Source: Thermoprotei archaeon (GTDB lineage: Archaea; Thermoproteota; Thermoprotei; Thermoproteales; B15-G16). From it: a stretch of 55,614 bases of DNA. The first letter of the stretch is position 1, and every line of letters starts with the position of its first letter. The position numbers and the translations under genes are program-made. A model generated the notes under the pieces. That model saw nothing but the letters and a program-made list of their open reading frames with translations. It was not told where the DNA came from and searched no databases. The DNA lies in contig QMRC01000012.1 of NCBI GenBank assembly GCA_003649205.1, positions 1 to 55,614 on the forward strand, given 5' to 3'. This document shows positions 9,555 through 20,451 of this stretch, piece by piece.

Positions 9555-11141
9555 TTAAACTGGATAGGCTCCACATACTCGACAGTAGGTAAAGCCCTTG
9601 GGGATTCTAGCTCTGCACTGAGGACATTCCTTACCTACTCCCCCTATGTCCTTAGGAGGACCAAATATACTTCGAAATACTCGGTAGTAGTAAAGCTGCT
9701 CTTTATCTCTAATGACTACCGAGTCCTTCTCCATTATCTTGCATATTGATTCCTGAAATTCCTGATCATCAATCACCTCATCAAAGTACTTGGTTAGTAC
9801 ATTTGTTCCAGCTCCTTCCTCTATAGGGCTTTTAATTCTCCATACGATCTCCTGAGGTAGTACATCTTCGAAAGCTTTCCTCAATATCCATTTACCCCAT
9901 GTAACTCCTCTCTCCTCTCTAACCCTATGCTCAGGTTTAATTAGCATAGCGAAGTACCTAATCCTCTTGTCTAGGTATGGAGTCTTCACCTCAATACCTA
10001 TATGATTACCTAGGGTGATAGAAGAGAAGTTCATAGCTGCCCACAGTACTCTAAGCTCTAGTTCCCTCCTCTCTTCATCCATTCCACATAGGTAGCTGTA
10101 CCCAGCAAATAATTCATCTGCACCATCACCAGTCATTATGCTACTGAAACCTAAGCTCTTAGCTCTTGTCAAACCCAAATATATGACAACGTCGTTCCGT
10201 ACCTGCATAGGATCAAACGTCCTCATAATCTCTATTACGCGAGGTATGTGTCTCAATACCTCATCGATGCTGACCTCGATGATATGGTGTTCCATGTTAA
10301 GGAACTTAGCCATTAAAGAGGCGTACTCACGATCTTTTGCACAGTTACTTTTCACAAGTACTGTTATAGCCTCTACTTTCGTTAGTTTAGATGCTAGGTA
10401 AGCCACTACACTTGAATCAAGACCTCCCGAAAGTAGTACGGCCTCACCTAGATTCCTCCTAACAGCTTCTGCTAGCAATTTGCGAAGTTCTTCGCAAATC
10501 CAGGAAAAAGATGCTCTCTGTATTTGTTCTCTTTCAGAGAGGAACTTCTCACATACGCTAATATCCTCTGGTCTATTGACATTCATAGCTAGACCTTCAT
10601 GAGCTATGACTAGGTACTCTTCATCTAACTCTTCTTCTCTCAGCTTGCTACCATCGATCAGATTTATACCTGAAGGAACTACACTCCTCTCACCAACTTT
10701 AAATACATAGCTCGGTTTTAAGCCTAGAAGTTCGTACACATAGGTAGGGATCATCACAGCTAAGGAACTCCTTCCACACTTCTCATATCTCTCAACTATG
10801 AAGTCTATCAATGAAGGAGTTATCAAGGGGAGATCAGCTGATACAACTAAGTACACTTCAGGTCCTAGATTTCGAATAGCATACCTAATATCCTCAACGA
10901 AGCCAGCACCTGGACTCTCCATGACCTTTACTCTCGGTAACTTCATTTCCTTAACTACCCTAGTTGTCTTGGGGGTGTATCTGCTTGTAAGGACTATCAC
11001 CTCCTCAACGCTTCTAGCCTTAATAAGAGCATTCAGCACTAGCTTAATCATTGGCTCTCCTCTAATCTTTACAAGTGGTTTCTCATCTATACCCATTCTA
11101 GTCCCCTTACCTCCTGCCATGACTAAAGCCTTAACCTTCAC
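9555..11141 (-). CDS. cobY: CobY (GTP:adenosylcobinamide-phosphate guanylyltransferase) fused to an asparagine-synthase-like ATP-pyrophosphatase domain
   Basis: N-terminal ALVMAGGKGTRM..EKPL, VSADLP and NVNRPED. C-terminal LLSGGLDSS, TGDGADELFAGY, KWILRKAF and terminal CPQC..CRVC. Confidence 0.85.
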   Translation of the reverse strand: MKVKALVMAGGKGTRMGIDEKPLVKIRGEPMIKLVLNALIKARSVEEVIVLTSRYTPKTTRVVKEMKLPRVKVMESPGAGFVEDIRYAIRNLGPEVYLVVSADLPLITPSLIDFIVERYEKCGRSSLAVMIPTYVYELLGLKPSYVFKVGERSVVPSGINLIDGSKLREEELDEEYLVIAHEGLAMNVNRPEDISVCEKFLSEREQIQRASFSWICEELRKLLAEAVRRNLGEAVLLSGGLDSSVVAYLASKLTKVEAITVLVKSNCAKDREYASLMAKFLNMEHHIIEVSIDEVLRHIPRVIEIMRTFDPMQVRNDVVIYLGLTRAKSLGFSSIMTGDGADELFAGYSYLCGMDEERRELELRVLWAAMNFSSITLGNHIGIEVKTPYLDKRIRYFAMLIKPEHRVREERGVTWGKWILRKAFEDVLPQEIVWRIKSPIEEGAGTNVLTKYFDEVIDDQEFQESICKIMEKDSVVIRDKEQLYYYRVFRSIFGPPKDIGGVGKECPQCRARIPKGFTYCRVCGAYPV

Positions 11142-11938
11142 CCAAGAACACCCTCCATTACAAGAAGTGCTGTCATTCTAGAAATCTCATTTATTGCACC
11201 AAGCACATCCCCTGTAACATAGCCGAGGACCTTATGCGCAATACACACTATGAGGAGAGCTGTAAACCATGCGGTTGATATCAGGTATATCGAGTTCAGG
11301 ATGCCTACTAGGGGAAATGTCAATACGATACTCAGTACTAGTGAGGTCAGGAGCTTAATCATGCCTCGACTTCTCATGTATTCTATAAAGAGGTGGCCAG
11401 TACCTTCGGATAGAGATTTCCCGTGATAAGCACCTATGATTATGGAGAACTTAGCCATTACCTCAGATGCCGCTAAGAAGTGTGTTAGACCTTTAGACAT
11501 GAGATCAGCCATGACAATACCTGTTACAGTGAATACGAGTACCACCAAGGCAAGACCACCAACTCCTACTCGTTCGTCTCTCATAGCCTTCAGCTTCTTC
11601 TCAGCAGGACCTACACAGAGAAGAGCGTCTCCAAAGTCAGCAAGCCCATCTACATGGTAAAGGCCTGTTATCACGTAGATGAAGCCTAGCGTGAGAAAGC
11701 CCACTATTGTAGGGTTAAAGAACTTCAAGAGGCAGTACGCTATAATTGTAGCTGATGCACCTATGAGGAATCCTATCAGAGGTGATAAGTATGCGAACTT
11801 AGCTGCGTAGACTATGGTATCCTCATCCATGCCTAGGGGTATTGCGGTGAAGAATGATATGAGGCTCTTCAAGCCCTTTACCAGTTCACGTACTGACGCG
11901 AGTTTCCTAGATTTGTCCTCTTTTAAGGAGAAGTTCAT
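11138..11938 (-). CDS. cobS: adenosylcobinamide-GDP ribazoletransferase (cobalamin synthase)
   Basis: FFTAIP, TGLYHVDGLADFGD, AMRDERVG and GYVTGDVLGAINE. Confidence 0.95.
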   Translation of the reverse strand: MNFSLKEDKSRKLASVRELVKGLKSLISFFTAIPLGMDEDTIVYAAKFAYLSPLIGFLIGASATIIAYCLLKFFNPTIVGFLTLGFIYVITGLYHVDGLADFGDALLCVGPAEKKLKAMRDERVGVGGLALVVLVFTVTGIVMADLMSKGLTHFLAASEVMAKFSIIIGAYHGKSLSEGTGHLFIEYMRSRGMIKLLTSLVLSIVLTFPLVGILNSIYLISTAWFTALLIVCIAHKVLGYVTGDVLGAINEISRMTALLVMEGVLG

Positions 11939-13025
11939 AGTTTTTCTCCACCTCTCTCACAACATCATCAACTGTTATCCCTCCTCTGGTCTTGGCTATA
12001 GCAGATATAACAGCACCACCAGCTCCAACCCCTTCCTTGACAGCTCCTCTTTCATAGGCTCTAAGACCATCAAATCTAGATTTACTAAAGTCTATGTTAG
12101 CAGCTAGTATCGGTACATCAGCTATCTGCTCCACAAGACCCTTTATGTCCGATGTTTTATCATGGACTATCCACCTCGTAGTCCCTATAGCTATATTCTC
12201 AACGACACTTTCATCAAGTTCCTTAACGATCTTCAGTATTGCACACATTTGAGTACCTCCAGCCATTAGTACAGGTATTCTCTTAGCAGCTCCTACTACT
12301 ATTCCAGCAAAGGCAGGCATCACGGGGTCACCAACGAGAGAGATCGCCTTTAGGGGGTTGTTCCCTAGCTGACCAAAGGATACCCCAGCTGCTTTGAGAG
12401 CTTGCTCAACAACCCTAATCTTTAGATCGTGAGGATTGTGAGGCATACTACTACTCACCTTTCCTCTTGCATTAACTCCAAGCGCTAAAAGTACTGCTAG
12501 AGCTGTAGTGGTACCTCCTGGAATGCTCTCTCCCACAACTAGGTAGTCGGCTATCATGGAGAGCTGTTCTCCAAGGACCTTCGCTTTAAGAAATACTTCC
12601 TCAACATTTACCACAGCGCTTCCACTTCTTATGTCCTTACCGGGAAAACCGCCTAGACTTATGAAGGGGACTTGAGGCTTTATCCTAGCTCCAGCATCAA
12701 CCACGAGAACTGGTATGTGTGCAAGTCTTAGCGCAGATAGAGTTATTATAGCTGGAGTTGGTATACCCTCAGGGGTTACTGGAACTGTATCTATGCACTT
12801 ACATCTTCCCAAAATGAGAAGCTCTACATCAGCAGCGGGGGTGTACTCCGTTAATTCAGGTGTCTTACCTGCAGCAGAAATACCTGGAATCTTAGCTGTA
12901 TCAGTCGTTCCTATGACACATACAAATACTGGCTTCTTACCTGTGATCTTCTCCAGAAACTCCCTACCTCTCTCCTCCTCATGAAATAGCATGATACCAG
13001 TAAGCTCCTTAGGATGCATAGTCAA
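11907..13025 (-). CDS. cobT: archaeal nicotinate-mononucleotide:base phosphoribosyltransferase
   Basis: IPGISAAG, TPAADVE, GESIPGGTTTA, LMAGGTQM and VKEGVGAGG. Confidence 0.93.
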   Translation of the reverse strand: MTMHPKELTGIMLFHEEERGREFLEKITGKKPVFVCVIGTTDTAKIPGISAAGKTPELTEYTPAADVELLILGRCKCIDTVPVTPEGIPTPAIITLSALRLAHIPVLVVDAGARIKPQVPFISLGGFPGKDIRSGSAVVNVEEVFLKAKVLGEQLSMIADYLVVGESIPGGTTTALAVLLALGVNARGKVSSSMPHNPHDLKIRVVEQALKAAGVSFGQLGNNPLKAISLVGDPVMPAFAGIVVGAAKRIPVLMAGGTQMCAILKIVKELDESVVENIAIGTTRWIVHDKTSDIKGLVEQIADVPILAANIDFSKSRFDGLRAYERGAVKEGVGAGGAVISAIAKTRGGITVDDVVREVEKNYELLLKRGQI

Positions 13026-13340
13026 CTACCTCTGAGAAAGTGAGTAATTTCTCAAGCTTATGTACATTCATGACTTTAGCCTCTACTCTAAGAACAATTA
13101 CATCAGAAAGAACATTACCAACTTCATACTTCATTAAGAGGCTACAACTACGCTCTCAGATAAAGTAGCTTATTGTAAGGGATGTACTCTAGGTTTAGCT
13201 TGTGATGTATTACAGTGATCATGAGATACCTCCTACAGCGTGACCTCGCGATTGAGAGCACATACCAGTCATCACTATGAGGATATTTAATAGGTGATAA
13301 AGCACTGATTTTACCCTCCACTAAGGTAGATATCAAAACA

Positions 13341-13844
13341 CTAGTACGGTTTCCATAGACCTTTTTGTCTGGCTTCTCTAAGGGCCCTAGTGTACATGTT
13401 AGAGGAGGCACCAGCAATGAGTCCTCCTATAGCATCATTGGTGAAGGGACCTAGCTCCTTGAGTATACCTGGCTTTCTCTGGTCGAAACGTATGAACTCA
13501 AATACTCCTTTAGTTCCTGCAATATAGCTTGCTAAAGCCATACCTAAGAGCTCATCTACTACTAAACCGGGACCTCTTTCATACCTCTCTCTGCTTAGTC
13601 CAGGTATTCTACCCTCTCTCGCATCTTCCTCGAGGCGAAAACATGCTACCACTAGGCATGCAACATTTACATCCCATAGAATTTCTTCAAGTTCTTCTCT
13701 GAGTAGCTTCTCAGCTTTCTCTCTTGTTTCCACACCTGGATGTGGAACAAATAGCTCAAGAGCTGTATTGATGAGATCCTCTAACCTTATACCTCTCTCC
13801 TCAAGCCATTTAAGTAGAGGGGGCTTCTCAGACAAGTACAACAC
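13341..13844 (-). CDS. cobZ: alpha-ribazole phosphatase CobZ (PgpA-like)
   Basis: DVNV, DELLGMALASYIAG..GVFEFIRFD.KPGILKELGPF.DAIGGLIAG; upstream of cobT-cobS-cobY. Confidence 0.85.
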   Translation of the reverse strand: MLYLSEKPPLLKWLEERGIRLEDLINTALELFVPHPGVETREKAEKLLREELEEILWDVNVACLVVACFRLEEDAREGRIPGLSRERYERGPGLVVDELLGMALASYIAGTKGVFEFIRFDQRKPGILKELGPFTNDAIGGLIAGASSNMYTRALREARQKGLWKPY

Positions 13845-14176
13845 CCACTAGGCTTATGAGGACTATAATTATAACGCTTCCGTTGGTAATACAGTAATCG
13901 TGAGCACAGTAGATGCTTCAATACCTTGCTTGAGGTAGTCCTAAGACCCATGTAACTGATCGGTTAGCACTCTACGCTCTTCATCTATAGTTACATTATT
14001 TTGTTTCTAACTTTGAGCAAATATTGAAGCTTGCTTTTCTGGAACTCCGTTCTCTTAAGTAACTCACAATTATAATTCTTCATCGCTGTTGATGGATAAA
14101 ATTCTTAAGGTGCGGGATATCTCACTCATCCTAATAACTTATAGTAGCATTAGGAGGTATCTAAGGTACTATCTTT

Positions 14177-14231
14177 GGAGTGATGAAGCAGTCGGACGGT
14201 GATTGATGATCGATACGACTCGTTCTGATTA
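14177..14231 (+). ncRNA. box C/D guide sRNA
   Basis: GTGATGA-AGCAGTCGGACG-GTGA-t-TGATGA-TCGATACGACTCGTT-CTGA in an otherwise non-coding stretch. Confidence 0.75.
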
Positions 14232-14768
14232 GCTCTTCAATTCAGGAGAAGTCTTTTTAGAGCTAGTTTAGTGCTCTCCAAGAAATTTGGGGTCAAAACT
14301 GGAGAGGAAAAGGTATTGTACTAACTACCTGTGAAGTAAGCTATTCACAGGTCTTCCAAGGTATTGCTTTATAGATTTCCTACCAATGTCATCATCAATT
14401 TACTCATTATATTCACCACACACTCTTTCTCCAGCTACTATACCACACTAGGAATCTTGATGACGTATCAGTTATGACCTTCACGTCTAAGAGACTACAT
14501 TACGTTGTCCAGTTAACAAGAAGAGAAAGTTAACAGAGGAGGGATACCTGAAGCTCAAGAGATGCTACGTAATAACTAGTGACTTGTTGAAACATGGTAA
14601 ATTAAAATGATCGTACTACCCCCATTACTGAGAACTAAAAACAGATGAATTGTTGAGAAGAATCGATAGTACTCACGTGTAAAATACTTTGAAGAGGTTA
14701 GGTACAGTCTCTACGCTAAATCGATACTACTAGCTCTCGTTAGGAGCAGTAGAATAAGGGTATAGGGA

Positions 14769-15203
14769 TCAAGTACTCTCAATTACCTTAACAACATCGT
14801 CTACGTACTTCTTAGCTTTCTCCAATTCATCCTCAACATCCTCAATATCGATAATACCCTCATAGAAGACCAATTCATGAAGATTCCTCTCTCTAGCACA
14901 GTACCTATCCCTAAAACCATACTCAGCAATCTTCACATTACGTCTCTCTAATTCTCTAAGCAATCTCCTCCTCTCCCAATGGCTAGATGGAACCTTACCC
15001 ATGAACTTCAGTACAAGCGCATTTGATGCCTGAACAACAGCATTCCAAGCCTTCTCAGCGGCATCCCTAATAGCCATGACATTACCTTCCCTAGTACCTT
15101 TTTGAAACTCCTCAATAGCCTCCTCAATGAACTTCCTTGCATCAGATATGTACACTCTAATCCTGGTATTTACATCAACTGAAGTACACACAGGCAACAC
15201 CAC
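14769..15203 (-). CDS. PaREP1-family (HEPN-like) protein
   Basis: RDAAEKAWNAV, PSSH and NLHELVFYEG. Confidence 0.88.
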   Translation of the reverse strand: MVLPVCTSVDVNTRIRVYISDARKFIEEAIEEFQKGTREGNVMAIRDAAEKAWNAVVQASNALVLKFMGKVPSSHWERRRLLRELERRNVKIAEYGFRDRYCARERNLHELVFYEGIIDIEDVEDELEKAKKYVDDVVKVIEST

Positions 15204-15368
15204 ATAGGTATAGGATCTCGTATGAAATAACCTTGTTACTAACTCCTTAATAGTGATTTGTCCGAGTGAGCACCATGAACATGGATCTACTGGAGGTAGA
15301 TGAGTACCGATACAAGTAACAAAACATATAAACTGAGTGGAGTAAAGCGTGAAACGAGGTTACTAACC

Positions 15369-17585
15369 ATGGTTAGAATTATTGAGAAGAGAATTAGCGA
15401 GATGCTTGACATTGTGAAGAACCCGAAGCAGGTACGAAACGTAGGTACGCTAGCTCACGTCGATCATGGTAAGACAACGACAATGGATAGTCTACTCATG
15501 GGTGCTGGTCTGCTTTCACCTAAGGTTGCTGGTAAGGCCCTTGCACTAGACTACGTAGAGATTGAGCAGCTGAGGCAAATGACCATTAAGGCAGCTAACG
15601 TAAGCCTGTACTACGAGTACGAGGGTAAGCCATACGTCATAAACTTCGTCGACACACCGGGGCACATAGACTTCACAGGTCACGTAACTAGGTCACTACG
15701 TGTAATGGATGGTGCTATCGTAGTTGTCGATGCTGTTGAAGGTGTCATGACCCAGACAGAGACTGTCGTTAGGCAAGCTCTCGAGGAGAGAGTTAGACCG
15801 CTACTGTACATCAATAAGGTTGATAGGTTGATTAAGGAACTCAAGCTATCTCCAAGTGAGATTCAGCAGAGATTCATTCAGATAATTAAGGAGTTTAATC
15901 AGTTAATTGAGCTATATGGTGAACCGGATATCAAGGATAAGTGGAAGGTTGATCCAGCTAAGGGGCAAGTAGCTTTTGGTAGTGCTCTTCACAAGTGGGG
16001 GTTAACGATACCCCAAGCTCAGAGACTTGGTTTTAAGTTCTCTAACATAGTTGATGCTTATGAGAAGGGTTATGTAGATGAGCTAGCTCAGGAGATACCT
16101 CTGTACAAGGCTATTCTAGAGATGATTATTCAGCATGTACCTGACCCAGCAACGGCACAAAAGTACAGGATACCGAAGCTATGGAAGGGTAAGCTAGATA
16201 GTGAGATTGGTAAGGCGCTTCTCGAGTGTGATGCTAATGGACCAACGGTAATCTGTATTAGCAAGGTGACAGTGGATCCACATGCTGGCTTAGTTGCTAC
16301 AGGTAGAATATTCTCAGGTACCGTTAGGCCAGGTGATGAGGTTTACCTAGTATCCGCAAAGACTACAAGGAGAGTGCTACAGGTATCGCTCTACATGGGT
16401 CCAACGAGACAGGTCGTAGACTACATGCCTGCAGGTAACATAGTTGCTCTCCTAGGTGTCGATGAGGCAAGAGCTGGTGAAACAATTGTTGACGCTAAGT
16501 TCAAGGATCAAGCAGCACCGTTCGAGAGACTTAGGTACGTGACTGATGCTGTAGTCACAATAGCTATTGAGCCAAAGCATAGCTCAGATCTACCTAAGCT
16601 CGTTGAAGCACTAAAGGAATTAGCTATTGAAGATCCAACACTACAGGTTAGGATAAACCCAGAGACCGGTGAATACTTGCTAAGTGGTGTTGGATTCCTA
16701 CACCTAGAAATCGCCCTATGGCTACTCAAGGAGAGGACTAAGCTAGAGTTCGTCACTTCACCACCACAGGTAAGGTATAGAGAGACCATTAGGGATGTAG
16801 GTAAGGTATTTGAAGGTAAGTCACCTAACAAGCACAATAAGCTATACATCAGTGTTGAGCCACTAGATGAGACAACTATCAAGCTCATTCAGGAAGGCAA
16901 AGTATATGACGATCAAGATACACACGAGAGAGCTAAGATACTGAGAGAGGTAGCTGGTTGGGATGCTGATGAAGCTAGAAATGTCTGGGCCGTAGATGAC
17001 TTGAATTGTAACATCATAGTTAACAAAACCGTTGGTGTACAGCACTTAAGAGAAGTCAAGGACACGATCATACAGGGCTTTAGGTGGGCTATGTCAGCAG
17101 GACCACTCTGTCAGGAACCTGTTAGAGGGGTCAAGGTAATACTACACGACGCTATAATCCATGAAGATCCAGCGCACAGAGGCCCAGCACAGATAATGCC
17201 AGCAACTAAGAACGCTATCTTCGCAAGTATGTTAACGGCAAGACCAACACTACTAGAGCCAATCCTCAAGATCGAGGTCAAGGTACCACCAGAACAGCTA
17301 GGTGGAGTACTGAACGTAATCACAAGACACAGAGGAAAGATCTTCAGCGTCGAGCAGAGCGGCTACCTAATGTTTGTTAGAGGTGAGATACCAGTTGTCG
17401 AAACATACACACTAGCAGACGAGATGAGAAGCGCAACAGCAGGTAAGGCATTCTGGTCAACACAGTTCTCGAGATGGGCCCCCGTACCAGAGAACATGTT
17501 GGTTGACCTAATAATGAAGATCAGAGAGAGGAAAGGCCTCAAGAAGGAGTTACCAAAGCCAGAAGATTTCGTACCTCCATTCTAA
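15369..17585 (+). CDS. fusA: translation elongation factor aEF-2
   Basis: [18 protein letters not shown] and diphthamide loop [20 protein letters not shown] precedes ATG 15369. Confidence 0.99.
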   Translation: MVRIIEKRISEMLDIVKNPKQVRNVGTLAHVDHGKTTTMDSLLMGAGLLSPKVAGKALALDYVEIEQLRQMTIKAANVSLYYEYEGKPYVINFVDTPGHIDFTGHVTRSLRVMDGAIVVVDAVEGVMTQTETVVRQALEERVRPLLYINKVDRLIKELKLSPSEIQQRFIQIIKEFNQLIELYGEPDIKDKWKVDPAKGQVAFGSALHKWGLTIPQAQRLGFKFSNIVDAYEKGYVDELAQEIPLYKAILEMIIQHVPDPATAQKYRIPKLWKGKLDSEIGKALLECDANGPTVICISKVTVDPHAGLVATGRIFSGTVRPGDEVYLVSAKTTRRVLQVSLYMGPTRQVVDYMPAGNIVALLGVDEARAGETIVDAKFKDQAAPFERLRYVTDAVVTIAIEPKHSSDLPKLVEALKELAIEDPTLQVRINPETGEYLLSGVGFLHLEIALWLLKERTKLEFVTSPPQVRYRETIRDVGKVFEGKSPNKHNKLYISVEPLDETTIKLIQEGKVYDDQDTHERAKILREVAGWDADEARNVWAVDDLNCNIIVNKTVGVQHLREVKDTIIQGFRWAMSAGPLCQEPVRGVKVILHDAIIHEDPAHRGPAQIMPATKNAIFASMLTARPTLLEPILKIEVKVPPEQLGGVLNVITRHRGKIFSVEQSGYLMFVRGEIPVVETYTLADEMRSATAGKAFWSTQFSRWAPVPENMLVDLIMKIRERKGLKKELPKPEDFVPPF

Positions 17586-17688
17586 ACCCAAATTCTTCAC
17601 TTGCATTACCAATTGAGGTTCTTCACAAGTCTTTTTAACTACCACAACCAAGTTATTCACGGCATTAACACATCATGGGGGCTTCAGT

Positions 17689-18318
17689 GTGGGTAGTGGA
17701 GGTGCTCCTAGATTAACAGAAACGGAAAAAGCTATTGTGAGACTACATCAGCAAGGTCTTAAACCTAAGGAGATTGCTGAGAAGTTAGGTTGTTCAGTTA
17801 AGACGGTTTACAAAGCTCTATCCAAATACAGAAAGCTAGTTAGTATGGGTATAAGCATTGATCTAGGTACACAGCAGGTAGTCTCACAGCAACAACAGAT
17901 ACAGACCACGGTACAAACTCCACTGCAGGTACAAATACCACGAATAGCTACTCAGGACCAGGTATTGACTGCTGTAAGGGAGGTCATGGAGGGTATGATA
18001 CGTGTCTACACGACATCACTAACTAATCTACTATCGTCACTACTTAGAGATTACGAGAGAACACTTATCGATGCAATTAATGAATTGAGGAGAAGTGTAG
18101 ATAGGTTGTGCAGTGAGATCACATCACTTCACTCTACAATACAGAGTCTTAGCTCTATCCTAAGTACGGTCTCTAGCTTGAAAGCACCTGCTGTGACATC
18201 GCCTCCAGCACCAGCTGTAGCTCAGATTCCTGTGAAAGAGGTTGAAATACCTGAGTTCGTAAGAGATAATCCATGGGTTGAGATCTTGAGGACAAGAGCT
18301 AAGTATCCACAGGTATAG
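17689..18318 (+). CDS. HTH DNA-binding protein with coiled coil
   Basis: LTETEKAIVRLHQQGLKPKEIAEKLGCSVKTVYKAL HTH, Q/T linker, heptad region and C-terminal PEFVRDNPWVEIL. Confidence 0.8.
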   Translation: MGSGGAPRLTETEKAIVRLHQQGLKPKEIAEKLGCSVKTVYKALSKYRKLVSMGISIDLGTQQVVSQQQQIQTTVQTPLQVQIPRIATQDQVLTAVREVMEGMIRVYTTSLTNLLSSLLRDYERTLIDAINELRRSVDRLCSEITSLHSTIQSLSSILSTVSSLKAPAVTSPPAPAVAQIPVKEVEIPEFVRDNPWVEILRTRAKYPQV

Positions 18319-18320
18319 CT

Positions 18321-19091
18321 ATGACGGAGATTAGAGTAGGTACCTGTGGATGGTCTGTAAGAGGTGGTAGGAGAGCTTACTTCACCAAGTTCAATGCCAT
18401 AGAGCTACAGGATACATTCTACAACCTACCAACACTAGATACAGCAAGGAGATTAAGAGAAGAAGCACCAAATAATTTCCACTACTGCATGAAGGCATGG
18501 CAGGTAATAACTCATCCACATACATCACCAACCTGGAGGAAGTTGAGGGTGAAGATACCTAGTGATAAGGCAAAGAATTACGGATTATTGAGACCAACTC
18601 GAGAGAATTTTGAGGCTTGGGAGAGCGTTCTTGAGTTTGCTCGTGAGTTAGGTGCTAAGTTCATAGTACTTCAAACGCCACCGAGCTTTGGCTATAGTGA
18701 AGAGGCAGTGAAGTGGGTTAAGGAGTTCTTTGCATCTGCCGTACCAGCTTCAGGTCCTGTAATTGGCTGGGAACCTAGAGGAACATGGAATCAGCACTTG
18801 GAGAAGGTCAGGGAGATATGTGATAGCTATGGTGTGGTTCACGTAGTTGACCCATTTAGACGTGACCCAGTTTCAAAACACAAGGTCACTTACCTTAGAC
18901 TTCATGGAATAGGACCTGGCGAGGTAAATTACAGGTACAAGTACACAGATGAGGATCTAGTTAAGTTGAGGAACAAGATAGAGCACTACAGTAAGGTGCT
19001 CAGCAAGGACATCATCTACGTATTCTTCAACAATGTGCACATGGCTAATGATGCAGAGAGGTTCCTGAAGCTAGTTAGAGGAACTCAATAA
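18321..19091 (+). CDS. DUF72-family TIM-barrel protein
   Basis: IRVGTCGW, ELQDTFY, LQTPPSF, WEPRG, YLRLHG and YVFFNN. Confidence 0.92.
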   Translation: MTEIRVGTCGWSVRGGRRAYFTKFNAIELQDTFYNLPTLDTARRLREEAPNNFHYCMKAWQVITHPHTSPTWRKLRVKIPSDKAKNYGLLRPTRENFEAWESVLEFARELGAKFIVLQTPPSFGYSEEAVKWVKEFFASAVPASGPVIGWEPRGTWNQHLEKVREICDSYGVVHVVDPFRRDPVSKHKVTYLRLHGIGPGEVNYRYKYTDEDLVKLRNKIEHYSKVLSKDIIYVFFNNVHMANDAERFLKLVRGTQ

Positions 19092-19098
19092 CCCAACT

Positions 19099-20322
19099 TC
19101 ATCTTCGAGCCACTATCTTTACAACTGCTCTATTCTCTAGAGGTGTATCTGCTCCAAGCCTCTGCTTAGTCCTAACATCGATAGCACATATGAAGTTCTC
19201 GCCAAGTTCCGTATGTATTCTATACGCTAGTTCTCTAGCTGTTGTTCCCTTAGGTACTAGGAGGACATCGGGAAGAACATTACCGTCCTTATCACATAGC
19301 TTGTTCTCGTCCTCAACTGGGAAAACGGCTACCATACCTAGCGCACCGAAGATAGCTTCATTTATTACCTGTTGAACACCAGTACTCCCCCACTTCTTCA
19401 GTATCCTCTCTCTAATGTACTCAAGAGCTTTTGCTTGTTGTGATGTTAACCTCTTCTCATCAATTACCTCGAAGTCTGGATCGCCAGGGAGGTACTTTAT
19501 CAATCCACTCTTCGCAGCTTTCCTTAGAGCTAACTCAGCTACTGCTGATGTAGGTACTATCTTGAGGTGAGGGAATTCACGTACCATTCTCTTGATATTA
19601 TCCTCGGCTTCAGGTATGTCTGCTTTGTTAGCTGCTATAACTATTGGCTTTGCTCTCACTCTCACCTCATGAACGAAGTTCAGTAAATCATTATCACTCC
19701 ACCTAGATGGTTTCTTCCTAGCTAGATCAAGCTCGTTTAAGACACACTCGATAACACCCCTTGAAACACCATAACCACTAAACCTCTCATAGAGTACATC
19801 GAGTATGTCCTTACCAGCCATCTCAACCAATCTAACAACTCTATCCCATTCACGCTTCAAATTCTGGAAAATCCACATGTCAACTTCCTTCTCTAGAAAC
19901 CTAATGTCTTCACACGGATCTCTAGTACCTGGTTTCGTTGGTCTACCTTCCTCATCTGTTGCTCCTGCAGCATCAACTACATGAATGAGGACAGGTGCTC
20001 TCCTAAGCTCGTCAAGAAACCTATTACCTAGTCCCCTACCCTCCCATGCACCCGGTACAAGACCAGCAACATCAATCAACTCAATGGGTATGAACCTCCA
20101 ACCATCAATGCAGATAGAGTTCCTTGGATTATCCCTAACACCGAACTCACGACAAACACACTCAATCCTTACATACCCAATACCTCTATTCGGCTCAATT
20201 GTCGTGAATGGATATGGTGCTATCTTCGCATCGATTAATGTCGCTGCTGCAAAGAATGTTGTTTTCCCTACATTTGGCTTCCCTACAACACCAACCTGTA
20301 CAGGTACGTACTGTATCGGCAT
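19099..20322 (-). CDS. ychF: Obg-family translation-associated NTPase YchF with TGS domain
   Basis: GKPNVGKTT, YPFTTIEPN, DVAGL, NKAD and C-terminal TGS (IHTELG). Confidence 0.95.
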   Translation of the reverse strand: MPIQYVPVQVGVVGKPNVGKTTFFAAATLIDAKIAPYPFTTIEPNRGIGYVRIECVCREFGVRDNPRNSICIDGWRFIPIELIDVAGLVPGAWEGRGLGNRFLDELRRAPVLIHVVDAAGATDEEGRPTKPGTRDPCEDIRFLEKEVDMWIFQNLKREWDRVVRLVEMAGKDILDVLYERFSGYGVSRGVIECVLNELDLARKKPSRWSDNDLLNFVHEVRVRAKPIVIAANKADIPEAEDNIKRMVREFPHLKIVPTSAVAELALRKAAKSGLIKYLPGDPDFEVIDEKRLTSQQAKALEYIRERILKKWGSTGVQQVINEAIFGALGMVAVFPVEDENKLCDKDGNVLPDVLLVPKGTTARELAYRIHTELGENFICAIDVRTKQRLGADTPLENRAVVKIVARR

Positions 20323-20341
20323 GCAGTTACCTCCCTAAATT

Positions 20342-20403
20342 GATCAGCCTACCGACCGTACTATCATCAGGTTTACCTCAATCCGTCGTGAGTTCATCAC
20401 CTA
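20342..20403 (-). ncRNA. box C/D guide sRNA directly upstream of ychF
   Basis: GTGATGA-ACTCACGACGGA-TTGA-(GGTAAACC hairpin)-TGATGA-TAGTACGGTCGGTAGG-CTGA. The D' guide is complementary to conserved 23S CCGTCGTGAG. Confidence 0.88.
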
Positions 20404-20451
20404 CAGGCTAAAGTCGGTAACTCACCTATAACTCTTAACGATATCGCTAAC

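Noticed and set aside
13026-13340. Cobalamin riboswitch upstream of cobT, or ORF 13148..13417
   Set aside because: No B12-box or convincing structure; the ORF overlaps cobZ and lacks motifs.
15300-15368. N-terminal extension of EF-2
   Set aside because: The RBS and family N-terminus support ATG 15369; the upstream sequence contains the probable TATA box.
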